Shown: positions 52,043 through 64,000 of the stretch, in pieces | Numbering within the stretch: the stretch's first letter is position 1 | Layout of the letters: each line of letters starts with the position of its first letter | From: Octopus vulgaris | Taxonomy: Eukaryota | DNA length: 64,000 nucleotides | Reading direction: 5' to 3' | Assembly (NCBI GenBank): GCA_951406725.2 | Contig: OX597818.1 | Span: forward strand, 89,714,001 to 89,778,000 | Notes under the pieces: model-generated | The model's input: the letters and a program-made list of their open reading frames with translations, nothing else | Told to the model about the DNA's origin: nothing | Databases searched by the model: none | Translations under genes and position numbers: made by a program

Positions 52043-52678
52043 TTATCGCCATACTAATATGGCATTCTTATAAAAATAAGAATAAAGCTGACCGCTTATT
52101 AGCTCCATGAGGCCATCGCCTTAAGTTAGCTATTTGATACACAAACTGTATCCATATAACCTTTGAACAAGGGAGGTCAGTCGCTCCACACTACTTGGCC
52201 GGCAGCTACAGACGCGTTTCGGGGTATTGCCCCTTTTCAATGCAGCGTAGCCAAACCAGTAGGTGTCGCTTCCGACAATCTCTGTTCAAAGGTTTTATTT
52301 TCCTAGCTTCGGTGGAATACATCCACTTGTTTTCAATAATAGAAATATTAAAATTACTAAGTCTCTCTAAAAGAGAACAACGGCAGCGTTCCCGGAAAAT
52401 ATTAGTTATCGCCATACTAATATGGCATTCTTTTAAAAATAAGAATGTAGCTGCCGGGCCAAGTACTGTGGAGCGACTGACCTCCCTTGTTCAAAGGTTA
52501 TATGGATACAGTTTGTGTATCAAATAGCTAACTTAAGGCGATGGCCTCATGGAGCTAATAAGCGGTCAGCTTTATTCTTATTTTTATAAGAATGCCATAT
52601 TAGTATGGCGATAACTAATATTTTCCGGGAATGCTGCCGTTGTTCTCTTTTAGAGAGACTTAGTAATTTTAATATTTC

Positions 52679-52684
<6 letters not shown>
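52038..52684. mobile_element. PLE/retrozyme-like element: 363-nt tandem unit plus inverted arm
   Basis: Direct repeat at 52038 and 52401; 52446-52684 is the reverse complement of 52336-52400 plus 52038-52210. Confidence 0.85.
52205..52246 (-). ncRNA. Type I hammerhead ribozyme, U3-A8 core variant
   Basis: Minus: GCTGCA-TTGAAAA-GGGG(CAATA)CCCC-GAA-ACGCGT-C-TGTAGC. Confidence 0.85.
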
Positions 52685-52715
<31 letters not shown>

Positions 52716-52789
52716 TACATTTCAATATGTGACCGCGTGTGTATCGTTGGCAATTTTCTTTTTCCTTGGACTTTTTCTTTTTTTTCTGT

Positions 52790-52824
52790 ATTTCTGACGA
52801 AGAGCTCCGCTCGTAACGTTAAAT
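52790..52824 (+). ncRNA. Minimal hammerhead ribozyme (one core mismatch) in a PLE-like fragment (52725-52910)
   Basis: ATTT-CTGACGA-A-GAGC(TCC)GCTC-GTA-ACGT-T-AAAT; A13 is mutated to U. Confidence 0.65.
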
Positions 52825-52964
52825 CCTCCTTTCTTTCCTTCCTTGAGCATCCAATAACACTATACTTGTTCCACGTCCTCGCGTTTTCTCTTTGTTCATG
52901 TTTGGATTATCTGTGTATGTGTGTGTGTGTGTGTGTATGTGTGTGTGTGTGTGTGCGTGTGTGT

Positions 52965-53485
52965 GATTATTCAGTTTAATTCAAGATTTCTTGTCTATAG
53001 AGAAAGAGTCGGTTTCTAATCTAAGGCTCCTTCATTGGAATTTCAACAACAGGGTATTTTGTATGTACGTACATGTGCAGATTTGTATGTTTTGCTTTAT
53101 GTATGTATTCTCACGTATGTAGTTGCATATCTAGACATGCTCATATATATTCTTAAATGATAAACGTTTGGAAAGTTTTACAGATTTTTACAGTTCCAGT
53201 GATGGATTGGATCTGTAGTCTTCGAATCAGCTTTCTCCTACCTGGTTTTGAGAAGCTTAATTTCTCATGACTTTAGGCAATGGGATACATATCCCAGTGC
53301 CCCAATAATTACAGGTATAAACCTGAACTTGTAATATGTATAGAGTAACTTCAAATTTCTCAATACTCCAGCGTAGGTATTTTCTTTTTCGCTGATCTTC
53401 AACTTTATGTTAACATCCTCTGGACAGCTAATTTCCACAACTGTATACAGTTTCTCTTCTCGTTTGTAAATTGCTATGTCATGTA
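52965..53485 (-). pseudogene. R4/Dong LINE 3' fragment (RLE domain and UTR)
   Basis: VVEISCPEDVN..EKENTY..LKLLY..FIPVIIGALG. Confidence 0.8.
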
Positions 53486-53762
53486 TATTATGTTTACATT
53501 GTATGTATGTATCTATGTCTGTATGAAAGACGTTAAAGATATCTATCCCGATATACACTAACCGTGTAGAGTGCATTTTTACGTTGGTGTATAGATCAGT
53601 GCTCTGTCATCTTTTTACACTTGTAGTACACTTCTATTCTTTCCAAAACTCGGCGGCACACCTGAACTAAAAATATGACACCTAGCATTGTCTAGTGGAA
53701 CACCAGTGTGCCGCAGCATACCGATTGCAGAGCACTGGTATAAATAGCACACACACGCACAC

Positions 53763-53812
<50 letters not shown>

Positions 53813-54240
53813 ACGCGTTATAAATATCTAATGTTAATTGTTCTACTTTCCAATTTTGTTGGAGTCGAGTTCTCTCAAGACAGATAATGAGCCATCTTAA
53901 GATAGTTTAATGATTTTATTGCTTGAGTTAAATCTAGTCTACGGTGACATTGCAATTCAACGCTCCGAGCGTTAACGGAGTCACCTAGAAAATTACAGAT
54001 TACGTAGTTCAGATCTATTCAGCGTACCTGTTTAATTTTTTCTGTCTTAAACTGGTTTATATAATATTTTATGCTACTTTAATTATACAGTGTGAAGGTG
54101 AGTGGCCTAATAATTAGGGCGTTACACTCGCGATCAAGCAATTATGGTTTCAACTCTCAGGCCTAGAGGTTCGTTATGCTCTCGAGCAAAATAAAAACGA
54201 ATTGATATTGAAAAAGTCGGAAAATACTGCAGGTTCTTAT

Positions 54241-54393
54241 TCGCCAGACAGCGTAGTAAATCCAATTGAGGAATTTAGTTATAAACCAGAAGGGATTACC
54301 TTCTCTGCTTATTTATAAAGATACGAAGAAATCTTCAAAAAAGAATGTAAAAATTGGACGGACGAGGAAAAAGTACGGCTACTTTTAAGAAAG
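54241..54393 (+). pseudogene. Gypsy-type gag remnant
   Basis: IEEFSYKPEGITFSAYL*RYEEIFKKECKNWTDEEKVRLLLRK. Confidence 0.6.
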
Positions 54394-55889
54394 TCACTCC
54401 TCCACTGCTTCTTAAATTATATATCTGTAGCGAATCTTGCATGCATGAAGTGGATTCGATCCACCACAGCGAAATTTAAATTAACACTGCAACAGAACTT
54501 TTCCCACGGTGGAATAATGGTTTGTCTCTGACAGCAGTTTTACATTTTCTAGATGCCTTTAGCTAGGCCGAAATAATGTTTTCACCACTTGACCCTTTCT
54601 AACCTCTTCTACTTCACCAAAAGCTGGAGTAGAGATAACAAGACCACCAACTAAATCTATTGTTCTCAATGATATGTCTATCCTTCTGGATCTTTATATA
54701 AGCAAGCACACTCCAAACAAAAATCAGTTAGTCACTGCAGTGACAACTCAGTGAGAACGAAGTCTGGCTGACCAGCTAGAACATTGGTCAGAGGGAGAAA
54801 TGAAGACCAAGTAAAAACCGTTACATATCCAACGCCAGGATATATAAACGGGGCCCAGCAATAAATGGGAATAGCTGGGAAGTTAAACGTTCAACGGAAC
54901 TGCCTCCCATTCTCAATTTTCAATCACTTAACGGTATAGACCAGAATACCGGACGTTATACGTCGTTGGTCACAATGCGCTTCGTATTGCTTTTAACTTT
55001 CGAATAACGCCCCACCCTGCTGACAAAGCGCGCAAGGCAACATTCTCCGCTGATCGGAAGGGCTTTTCCGTCACAGGGTTACCCTTTTACAGCCGAGTGG
55101 ACTGAAACAATGCTAAATGAAGTGTTTTGCACCTTCTGTTTCGTGAGTACTTCATTCCAACAGAACAGCTAACGTTAGGTTTTATAACATATGTGCGTGC
55201 GTGAGTGCATGCTTGTATAGTGTCTATACACGTAGGTAAAAACAAACTCTCTACAGTTACAAGCGTATATCGGAGGAGGTTTCTTCAACTTCCTCTCACG
55301 TAAGGAAATTTGACTGACTGATTGATTGATACATACATACATACGTACATAAATACATACACACATAAATACATACGTATATACATACATACAACCTATA
55401 TACACACATACAGGTATACATACACACAAATACATACATAGATGTATATATGTATACATACATGTATGTATACACACACATACACACACATATGTATGTA
55501 TGTATATTCACTAGTATGTTTATGTGCGTGCTCATGCGACACGCTTCTGCACAGTTTCCGTTTACCATTTCATTCACAAAGCATAGATCACCCCACTGTC
55601 ATAGCAATGACACCAGAATCCGTTGTGGAGGAGCTAACTTTTTACTCATGTAGCCATACCTGCACCTCTTCCCACAGCCACGCCCCTTTTATTATTCTGT
55701 GTTCATTTCAAGTTGAGATCGGTTTTGTGCTTCAGCCTCTCGGCTTCGATAAATTTGAGATAAAATTCAAGATGTCAAGATGTCAACCAACCAACCAGCC
55801 AACTAACGTACACCGTACATCCATCCATGACAGTTGTCTACTCCTTATGCAGAGTCTGACAACCTCTTGCATTTACAGCTCAGATCTAT

Positions 55890-56376
55890 CATGGCATCTG
55901 ATGTGGCTATCCGGTTTTCATTGCGTCTAATGTGGTTACTCGGTTTCCATGGCGTTTGGTGCGGTTACCCGGTTTCCATGACGTCTGGTGTGGCTACCCA
56001 ATTTCCATGGCGTCTGATATAGCTACTTGGTTTCTATGGCGTCAGATGTGGATACCCGATTTCCATGGCGTCTGATGTGGCCACCTAGTTTTCATGACGT
56101 TTGATGTGGCTACCCGGTTTTCATGACGTTTGATGTGGCTACCCGGTTTTTATTGCGTCTGATGTGGCTACTTGGTTTCCTTGGCGTCTGATGTGGCTAC
56201 CCGGATTCCATGGCATCTAATGTGGCTACTCGATTTCCATGGCGTCTGATGTGGTTCTCCGGTTTCCATTGCGTCTGATGTGGTTCCCCGGTTTCCATTG
56301 CGTCTGATGTGGCCACCCGGCTTCCATTGCGCCTGATGTGGCCACCCGGCTTCCATTGCGCCTGATGTGGCTACCC
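55890..56376. repeat. 29-bp minisatellite, about 17 copies
   Basis: Unit GCGTCTGATGTGGCTACCCGGTTTCCATG, contiguous with no spacers. Confidence 0.95.
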
Positions 56377-56713
56377 ACAGGTTTACTCGTTTGCAGCTGA
56401 GTGAACTGGAGCAAGATGAAAGGAAGTGTTTTTGCCCTAAAACGCAACGCACCGTCTGCGCCTTTACAAATTTTTAAGAGAGACATAATTGATTTCAAAA
56501 TTTGCCAGCAAGTTCGGTGAAGGGGGAAAAGTCGACTACATCGACCCCAGTGATCAACTAGTACTTATTTTATCGAATCCCAAAGTCAACCTGGGCGGAA
56601 TTTGACGGACGAAGTGCTGCTAAACATTTTGCCCGGCGTAATAACGAGAGACATGATTAACACTGCTATATTACTATATGGCAACACTTTTATTGATACA
56701 GGTTATAGGATAC

Positions 56714-56868
56714 CAGAGGCGGATTGAGCTGTCGGTCAATCGGACACTGCTCAAGGGCCCGGAACTGTGAGGGGCCCGCATTCTACATATTAACTCTACC
56801 TTTATATCAGTGCTACGGGACCCGGTAAACAGTTATGCCGAAGGCCCTTAATACTCAGTCCGCCCTCG
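56714..56868. mobile_element. hAT MITE
   Basis: TIR CAGAGGCGGATTGAG / CTCAGTCCGCCCTCG; TSD TAGGATAC / TAGGGTAC. Confidence 0.75.
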
Positions 56869-57264
56869 TAGGGTACTGAATCGACTCCACCTCAGTATCT
56901 GACTGGTGCATATTACATCGAATCCCGTGGTGACGTAGTTCGAGTATGTGCTGTCCCCAAGAACAACCCTTGCATATGCCTCACACCTGCTCCCTATGCA
57001 GGCTTATTCAGCAGACAGGATTTGCTGTCCCTCCACCCCATAAAAGCGTTGTGTCATGTTATGCAACTGCCCTGGAGAAAAAGTGAGTAATACAAAATTT
57101 GATATCGACTAGATTGGTATTCAGAAATTAAAGGGACATAACTGAAACGCAACCTTTTATCGGTATTCCGCTGCTATTCACAGCTCTGACGGTAGAATGG
57201 AATTATAATATTTTGGTGATGTCTGTATAAGCTGATCCAGTTTGTTGCTTGAACACGATTAGTT

Positions 57265-57722
57265 GGTACTTTTTGGTTATCGCACTCCCATTAAAAAATT
57301 GGGTTATCTCCCCAAGTTTTATGAGAAATATCGGTACTTTTGGTTATCTATCTCTTCTTAAAAAAATGTTTAACCCTAAAAAAATCGGAAAAGCGAAAGT
57401 GAAACGATGAAACATCCTATTGAATCTGATAATATTTTTATAACAAATCATAAAAAAAAAACTGAAAAGATTAATAAACATAAAAACTGAAAAAATTAGT
57501 CATCTTATTGAATCTAATAACACTTTCATAACAAACCATACCATGCCTAGTGAGAAGGCAAAACGTCACCAATGTGTTGAAGTACTGAATCAAAAGGATC
57601 TAATCCTTTTAATCCAATCTCTTGTCGCCACATTAACTCAACTTTTTAGAGGGGAGATAACCTGGTTTTTTAATGGTAATTTTTTAATGGGTGGGGGTGG
57701 GGGGAGATAACCAAAAAGTACC
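57265..57722. mobile_element. MITE, possibly Merlin-like
   Basis: Perfect 17-bp TIR GGTACTTTTTGGTTATC; flanks GATTAGTT / GTTCAGTT. Confidence 0.75.
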
Positions 57723-58072
57723 GTTCAGTTTATTAATTTCTCGTTCCTTGAAAGGGTAAAAGTAAACAGTTTCAATTAGGTTTGAATTCAGGCTGTAGAG
57801 ATATGCAACTCTATAGTAGAAATAGGTTCTGACTGACACAGACCATATATTAAAATGGAATTATTTACAATTAATTGTAGTACTTTACTGGTACTTTTAA
57901 AAAATTATTTTTTATATAAAATACGGAATAATAAAAAGGGAACTCACTCCGCCCCTTCTGGCGCGATTTGAACTCAGAACTTAAAGGGAGGGAACTATAT
58001 TCACAAACCAAACAATACATCACGTCGACCGCTCTACTAGAGCTGCTACTTACGATACAACACAGCCTTAAT

Positions 58073-58184
<112 letters not shown>

Positions 58185-58635
58185 GGATGGATGGAGGTAG
58201 GGGCTATACTGTTAGTTCATCCCCCGGAAGGAAAGGAGGACCAATTAGATCCCTGGCGGGGGATTTCAACTAAGGACGGGAAGGAAATAATCTCGTCCGG
58301 TACTTTTACTTGCAGCTCTTATCTTTCACTTGATTTAGCCACTAAACTGCGGCCATGCTGGAGTTCCTCCTCAAAAAGTTTTAGTTAAACAAGAATATAA
58401 TATGATTTTTTTAAGCATTGAATGGCTGTATGAGTCCTTCCGAGTAAAGTTGTAATCAAAAGGGCCCAGAAGCAAAACAATGGTTGAGGAACATGGTATA
58501 GACAAAAGGTAGACAAATCGACCAGATTTTTTTTTCTTCTTTTTAAAGTCTAGTATTCATTTTATCGGTATCTTTAGCCAAAATGCTAAGCTACTGAAAC
58601 AATCCCACAACGGTTGTCTAGCGGTAAGAGGGGAC

Positions 58636-58686
<51 letters not shown>

Positions 58687-58875
58687 CGAGCTTCCACACA
58701 ATTTCCATTTATCAAATTCATTCAGATGACATTGGTCGGCTCGGGGGCTATAATAGAAGACAATTGCCCAAGGTACCGTACAGTGGGATAGAACGCAAAA
58801 TCACGTGGTTATAAGATGCACACAATCTCTATATAATAAATATTTCTTTTAAAAATAAATTTTATAATTTATATA

Positions 58876-59023
58876 GGCGTACGAGTGGCTGTGTAGTAAG
58901 TAGCTTGCTTATCCAACCACATGGTTCCGGGTTCAGTCCCTCTGCGTGGCACCTTGGGCAAGTGTCTTCTACTATAGCATCGGGCCGACCAAAGCCTTGT
59001 GAAAGAACCCCGAAGTATATATG

Positions 59024-59056
<33 letters not shown>

Positions 59057-59265
59057 TCCCCCAACATCGCTTGACAACCGATGCTGGTGTGTTTAGGTCG
59101 CCGTAACTTAGCGGTTCGGCGAAAGAGACCGATAGAATAAGTACGAGGCCTACAAAGAATAAGTCCTGGAGTCGATTTGCTCGACTAAAGGCGGTGCTCC
59201 AGCATGGCCACACTCATATAACTGAGTAAAACATATAAACATATAAACAAGTAAAAGAGTAAAAA
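58876..59265 (+). mobile_element. SINE family B
   Basis: Family B head and tail with a small internal deletion. Confidence 0.85.
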
Positions 59266-59534
59266 GAGAGTAAGTGTTTGGTACAGAACAACAAAAACAA
59301 TAACGAAATTCTTAATTTGTATTTATTTTTACTGACCCTGAAAGAGTAAAAGATGATGTCAACCCCGTACGGGATTTGAACTAAGAGTAGAAACCACAAG
59401 TCATTTTGTCTATACCATATTCTTCAACCATTGTTTTACTTCTGGGCATTTTTGATTCCAATTTTAGTTGGAAGGACCCTTACAGCCAGTCAATGTTTAC
59501 AAAAATCATATATTCTTATAATGAAATATTACCG

Positions 59535-59901
59535 TTTTACTTGTTTCAGTCATATGACTGTGGCCATGCTGGAGCACCGCCTTTATCGAGCAAATCGACC
59601 CCAGCACTTATTCTTTGTAAGCATAGAACTTATTCTCTCGATGTCTTTTGCCGAATCGCTAAGTTACGGGGACGTAAACACACAAGCATCGGTTGTCAAG
59701 CGATGTTGGGGACACACACAAACACACATGTATATATATATATATATATACATATATATGACGGGCTTCTTTCAGTTTCCGTCTACCAAATCCACTCTCA
59801 AGGCTTTGGTCGGTTCGAGTCGATGGTAGAAGACAATTGCCCATGGTGCCACGTAGTGGGACTGAACCCGGAACCATGTGGTTGGTAAGCAAGCTACTTA
59901 C
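59535..59901 (-). mobile_element. SINE family B
   Basis: Reverse-oriented copy. Confidence 0.85.
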
Positions 59902-59925
59902 TGTAAAAAATTGTTAAAGTATCAG

Positions 59926-60230
59926 TGAAGGCACGTGGCTTACTGGTTAGGGTATTCGGCTCACGGCCGTAAGGTCATTTGTTCAATTCCCGGCGACGCG
60001 TTGTGTCCTTCAGCAAGATATTTCATTTCACATTGTTGCGGTCCACTCGGCTGGCAAAAATGAGTAGTACCTGTATTTCAAAGAGCCGGTATTGTCACAT
60101 TCTGTGTCAAGCTGAATCTTCCTGAGAACTACTTTAAGGGTACATGTGTCTGTGGAGTACTCAGCCACTTGCACGTTAATTTCCGTTGACCGGATCAATT
60201 GGAACCCTTATCGTCGTAACCGACAAAGTA
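59926..60230 (+). mobile_element. tRNA/CORE-like SINE sharing the family A 3' body
   Basis: tRNA head, then GTCTGTGGAGTACTCAGCCACTTGCACGTTAA as in 121-260. Confidence 0.75.
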
Positions 60231-61374
60231 CCAAAATATTAAAATATTGCAGATGAATTTTAACAAAAAAAATTTATGTGGACCTCTAAGGGTCATATGG
60301 ACGCCGGTTGAGAACTACTGAACTATATCAAGTATACCTCTGATTGGCCCTTGTACTGAAATGGGAGGAATATTTCGGACATTGGCTCAAGGCCAAAATT
60401 TAATAGGATGGAGTTAGATTCATAGTTTTGTTTGTTCTTTTGTTTCGATGTTTTCTTTGCGAACGCCATAAAGCCAACGGGTCCTTATTGGGGGTCTTTT
60501 TTCCAGTTCCTATGCCCATAGATCTTATGTTCTGCAGGCGTACTTCGTTCGGTAACTGACGGGTTCACCCTACGGGTTGTTGTCGGTGACCTCAGTATAT
60601 CGACTCCAGATGCTTATTTTATTTATCTGTGAGTGTGTGTGTGTGTGTTTTGTGTGTCTTTCTGCGTGTTTATATTTACGATGACAACACTTCAAAACCT
60701 GTGCTCCGTTGTTTGTGTCTAGCAACTTAACTGCTCAACCAAGAGAAAACGATAAGCCAAGCATCAGACTTTTTTCTTCTTTTTTAAAAATAAAAACATG
60801 TACGAGATGTCGGTCGGTATGAACGCGGCCCAACAATTAAAATGACTAAAACATGTTGAAATATTTAAAAATGAGATGACCCCGGATGCAGAAAGACAAT
60901 AAGGCATCCGAACAAAATCTGAACTCAGAACGCAATGTGTAAAAGTCAGAAAACTAATATATACCATTCCACAAAACATTATTGCTCAACGATTTATCGA
61001 TTCTGTTAAGTCATACGACTTTTAAATGTTAAAGCTGACTCACATATACAAAATCCATAGATGAAAGTTATAATACAACCACCAGCAACATTTGAACGCA
61101 TAAAAAACACATTTATTGAAATGATGTAATAGAAAGAAAGAATATGATGTAAAGATAAAGAAACCCAGAATGGAACCAACTTACCGTTTTTAAACAAAGA
61201 TTTCCCCATTTTGGTACGGTAAATGAATCCTTTGGTAAATAAATTCTTCGGTATATAAACTTAGAATTACAGGTTCTTGTTCGTCTTCTTGTTGCTCGTT
61301 TTTAGTGTTGTCGACACGCTGGTTATTTTGTTTATGTACTTCTACATACTGTCGTAGTTATGTTCGTAAAAGTG

Positions 61375-61434
61375 ATAATAGTAGTTGTAGTAGTTGTAGT
61401 ATCAGTACCGCTGTGGTTGCGGTGGTAGTGGTGA

Positions 61435-61469
<35 letters not shown>

Positions 61470-61885
61470 ATAGTAGTAGTAGTAGTAGTTGTGGTAGTAG
61501 AAGCAGCAGCAGTAACAGCAGAGGAAGCGATAGTAATAATAAAAGTAGCAGCAGTAGATAGATGTAGTACCAGCTGTAGTAGTAGTAGTAGTAGTAGCCG
61601 GTGTAGTTGTAAATTAGCTGTAGTAGTGGTAGTGGTGGTGGTAGAAATATCAACTGTAGTGATAGTACTTATTAATATTAATTGTCGTCATTATAGTACA
61701 ATACTAGTTACAGCAATAGGAGTAAAAGTAGGAGTGGTGGTGGTAGAGAAGGTGAAAAAATATCAGCTGTAGTAGTATTAAAACTAGTAGTAGTAGTAGT
61801 AGGAAGGACGATGCATGTTACAGGTGGTCGTGCTAAGAAGACAGGAGTGTGCGATTGTTATGTAGTAGTAGTAGTAGTAGTAGTC
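61375..61885. repeat. Degenerate (TAG)n tract
   Basis: Visible directly in the sequence. Confidence 0.9.
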
Positions 61886-62273
61886 ACGGTAATGTTGTTA
61901 CTGTTTATTATAACTGTAAATCAAGGCGCTGCAGCCGTGACTATACCGTCTATTTCCAATGTGTAAGGAAAATCAGTGTCACATTAAGACAGTTAAGATG
62001 TTAAATAAGGGAAGATTTGGTTGTTGTTTTTAGCAGGATGCGAAATCACATGCAGGGTCCGACCTCATTTTTATTGGTGACTGATCCATAGCAGAAGAAA
62101 TAATCGAATGCTGATCGATTCCTTATTCGAACATATGTACATGCATAAACTAACTTAAATACCTGTACGCATAAAAACGTCATACATGTACATTCATACG
62201 TAAAACAACACATACATACATACATACATACATACATACATACATACGCATTCCTATATTCCTGTACACGCAA

Positions 62274-62357
<84 letters not shown>

Positions 62358-62447
62358 ATATGTACACACACACGATTATTCTTTTATTCTTTTATTTGTT
62401 TCAGTCATTTGACTGAGGCCATGCTGGAACACCGCCTTTAATATATA

Positions 62448-63706
62448 CAGGGGTGGACAAAATAATGGAAACACCTTAAAATTTCAAACAAATATGGGGT
62501 AGGACCACCTTTAGCAGTAATTACAGCTTAAATTCTACGTGGTATGGACTCGTACAAAGGTTGAATTGTTTCCAAAGGAATTTTTGTCCATTCTTCAGCT
62601 AAAACACTTTCCAGTTCTTGTAGGGATGATGGTGGAGGATATCGACTTTTTACTTGTTTTTCTAAAATGCACCATAAATATTCAATAATATTGAGATCTG
62701 GGGACTGTGATGGCCAGATAAGATGTTCAACTTCACTAGAATGTTCCTCGTGCCATTCAGTAACAGTTTTAGCTGTGTGATTTGGTGCATTATCATCCTG
62801 AAAGATTGCGTTTTCCCCAGAAACAGTTCCGCAACCATAGGATGAATTTGATCAGATAAAATGCTTAAATAGTCTTGACTATCAATTCTTCCATGAAGGG
62901 AAACCATTGGGTTGGCGGATTTCCAAGATATACCCCCCAGATCATCACAAATCCTCCTATACATTTAACAGTTGGAAGAAGGCAGTTTGGGTCAAATGCT
63001 TCTTTTGGCTGTCTCCATACGTATACTCGGCTGGTGGTCGGAAATAAGGTAAAGGATGACTCGTCTGAGAAAATAAAATTCTTCCACTGCTCTAGAGACC
63101 AATTCTGTAGGCTTTTACTACACTCTAAACGCTTTGCAACGTTTGTTTTTGAAAGTAATGGTTTTCTGGTTGCAGCCCTCCTGTGAAATCCGGCTTTGTG
63201 CAGCTCCCGGTGAACAGTTTTTGTGGAAATTGGGTTCCCGAGGTGGTCATAAAGCTCTGCAGTAATTTTGGAAACTGTACTTTTGTGATCCTTTCTAACA
63301 AAACGCGTAAGAGTCCGGCGGTCCCTATCTGAAAGTTTTGGTTTTCACCAGAGTTTTGTTCCCACGAGGAGGTTTTTCCCTCTTTATCAAAGGCTGTCAT
63401 TATTTTCGAGACAATACTTCTTGATACACCAAACATTTCGACTGTTTTCGTTACGCTAGCGCCTGCCATACAAGACCCAACAATTTGACCTCTTTGAAAG
63501 TCCGATAGCTCTGTCATTTTAATGAATTTTAATTACTTTTTTCTGATGATATCTGAAAAGAAACAGCAATTTTAGCAAAACGTATGAAGCAACACTAATA
63601 GTAAATAAAAAAAAAACATAAAAATAAACAAGCTTTTGACGGTTTTATAGATATTTCAAAATTATGATGTTATGATGCTAGGTGTTTCCATTATTTTGTC
63701 CAGCCT

Positions 63707-63708
<2 letters not shown>
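62448..63708 (-). mobile_element. Full-length Tc1 transposon with a frameshifted transposase (start 63517)
   Basis: 29-bp TIRs (GGACAAAATAATGGAAACACCT); MTELSDFQRGQIVG, IFSDESSF, FQDDNAP, SPDLNIIE. Confidence 0.92.
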
Positions 63709-63796
<88 letters not shown>

Positions 63797-64000
63797 TGTG
63801 GACGCACAATGGCCCAGTGGTTAGGGCAGTGGACTCGCGGTTTCGATTCTCAGACCGGGCGTAGTGAGTGTCTATTGAGCGACAACACCGAAAGCTCCAC
63901 GAGGCTCCGGCAGGCGTTGGTGGTGGACCCTGCTGTACGCTTTCGCCATAACTTTCTCTCACTCTTTCTTCCTGTTTCTGTTGTACCTGTATTTCAAAGG
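63797..64000 (+). mobile_element. SINE family A, cut by the window end
   Basis: Matches 8118-8300 and the reverse complement of 255-460. Confidence 0.8.

Noticed and set aside
55890-56376. 29-bp array as a CRISPR
   Set aside because: Units are contiguous with no unique spacers, there are no cas genes, and the context is eukaryotic
61305-61772. Poly-Val ORF of 155 aa
   Set aside because: Translation of the (TAG)n repeat
63543-63562. CTGATGA..GAAA inside the Tc1 (also CTGATGA at 6079, 22435 and 23805)
   Set aside because: No pairing stems; chance heptamers

Overview
This is repeat-saturated, AT-rich eukaryotic DNA. The SINE set and microsatellite content point to an octopus or other coleoid genome (inference from repeat style, not a database hit). 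No intact host gene is visible, and almost all long ORFs are microsatellite artefacts. The window holds about four tRNA-derived SINE families (my labels A-D) and fragments of CR1, Tx1/L1, RTE and R4/Dong LINEs. It also holds Tc1/mariner, hAT, pogo and Merlin-like DNA transposons, two non-autonomous Helitrons, a solo LTR, a Gypsy gag remnant and several Penelope-like (PLE) terminal repeats. The main hidden signal is a set of 5-7 type I hammerhead ribozymes in the PLE/retrozyme-like repeats. One is a compensated U3-A8 core variant in a ~363-nt monomer whose inverted copy starts exactly at the predicted cleavage site, and another has a ~57-nt stem II. Other notable items are two SINE-LINE 3'-tail partnerships and several short templated duplications. 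All alignments and folds were done by eye, so boundaries of decayed elements are approximate.
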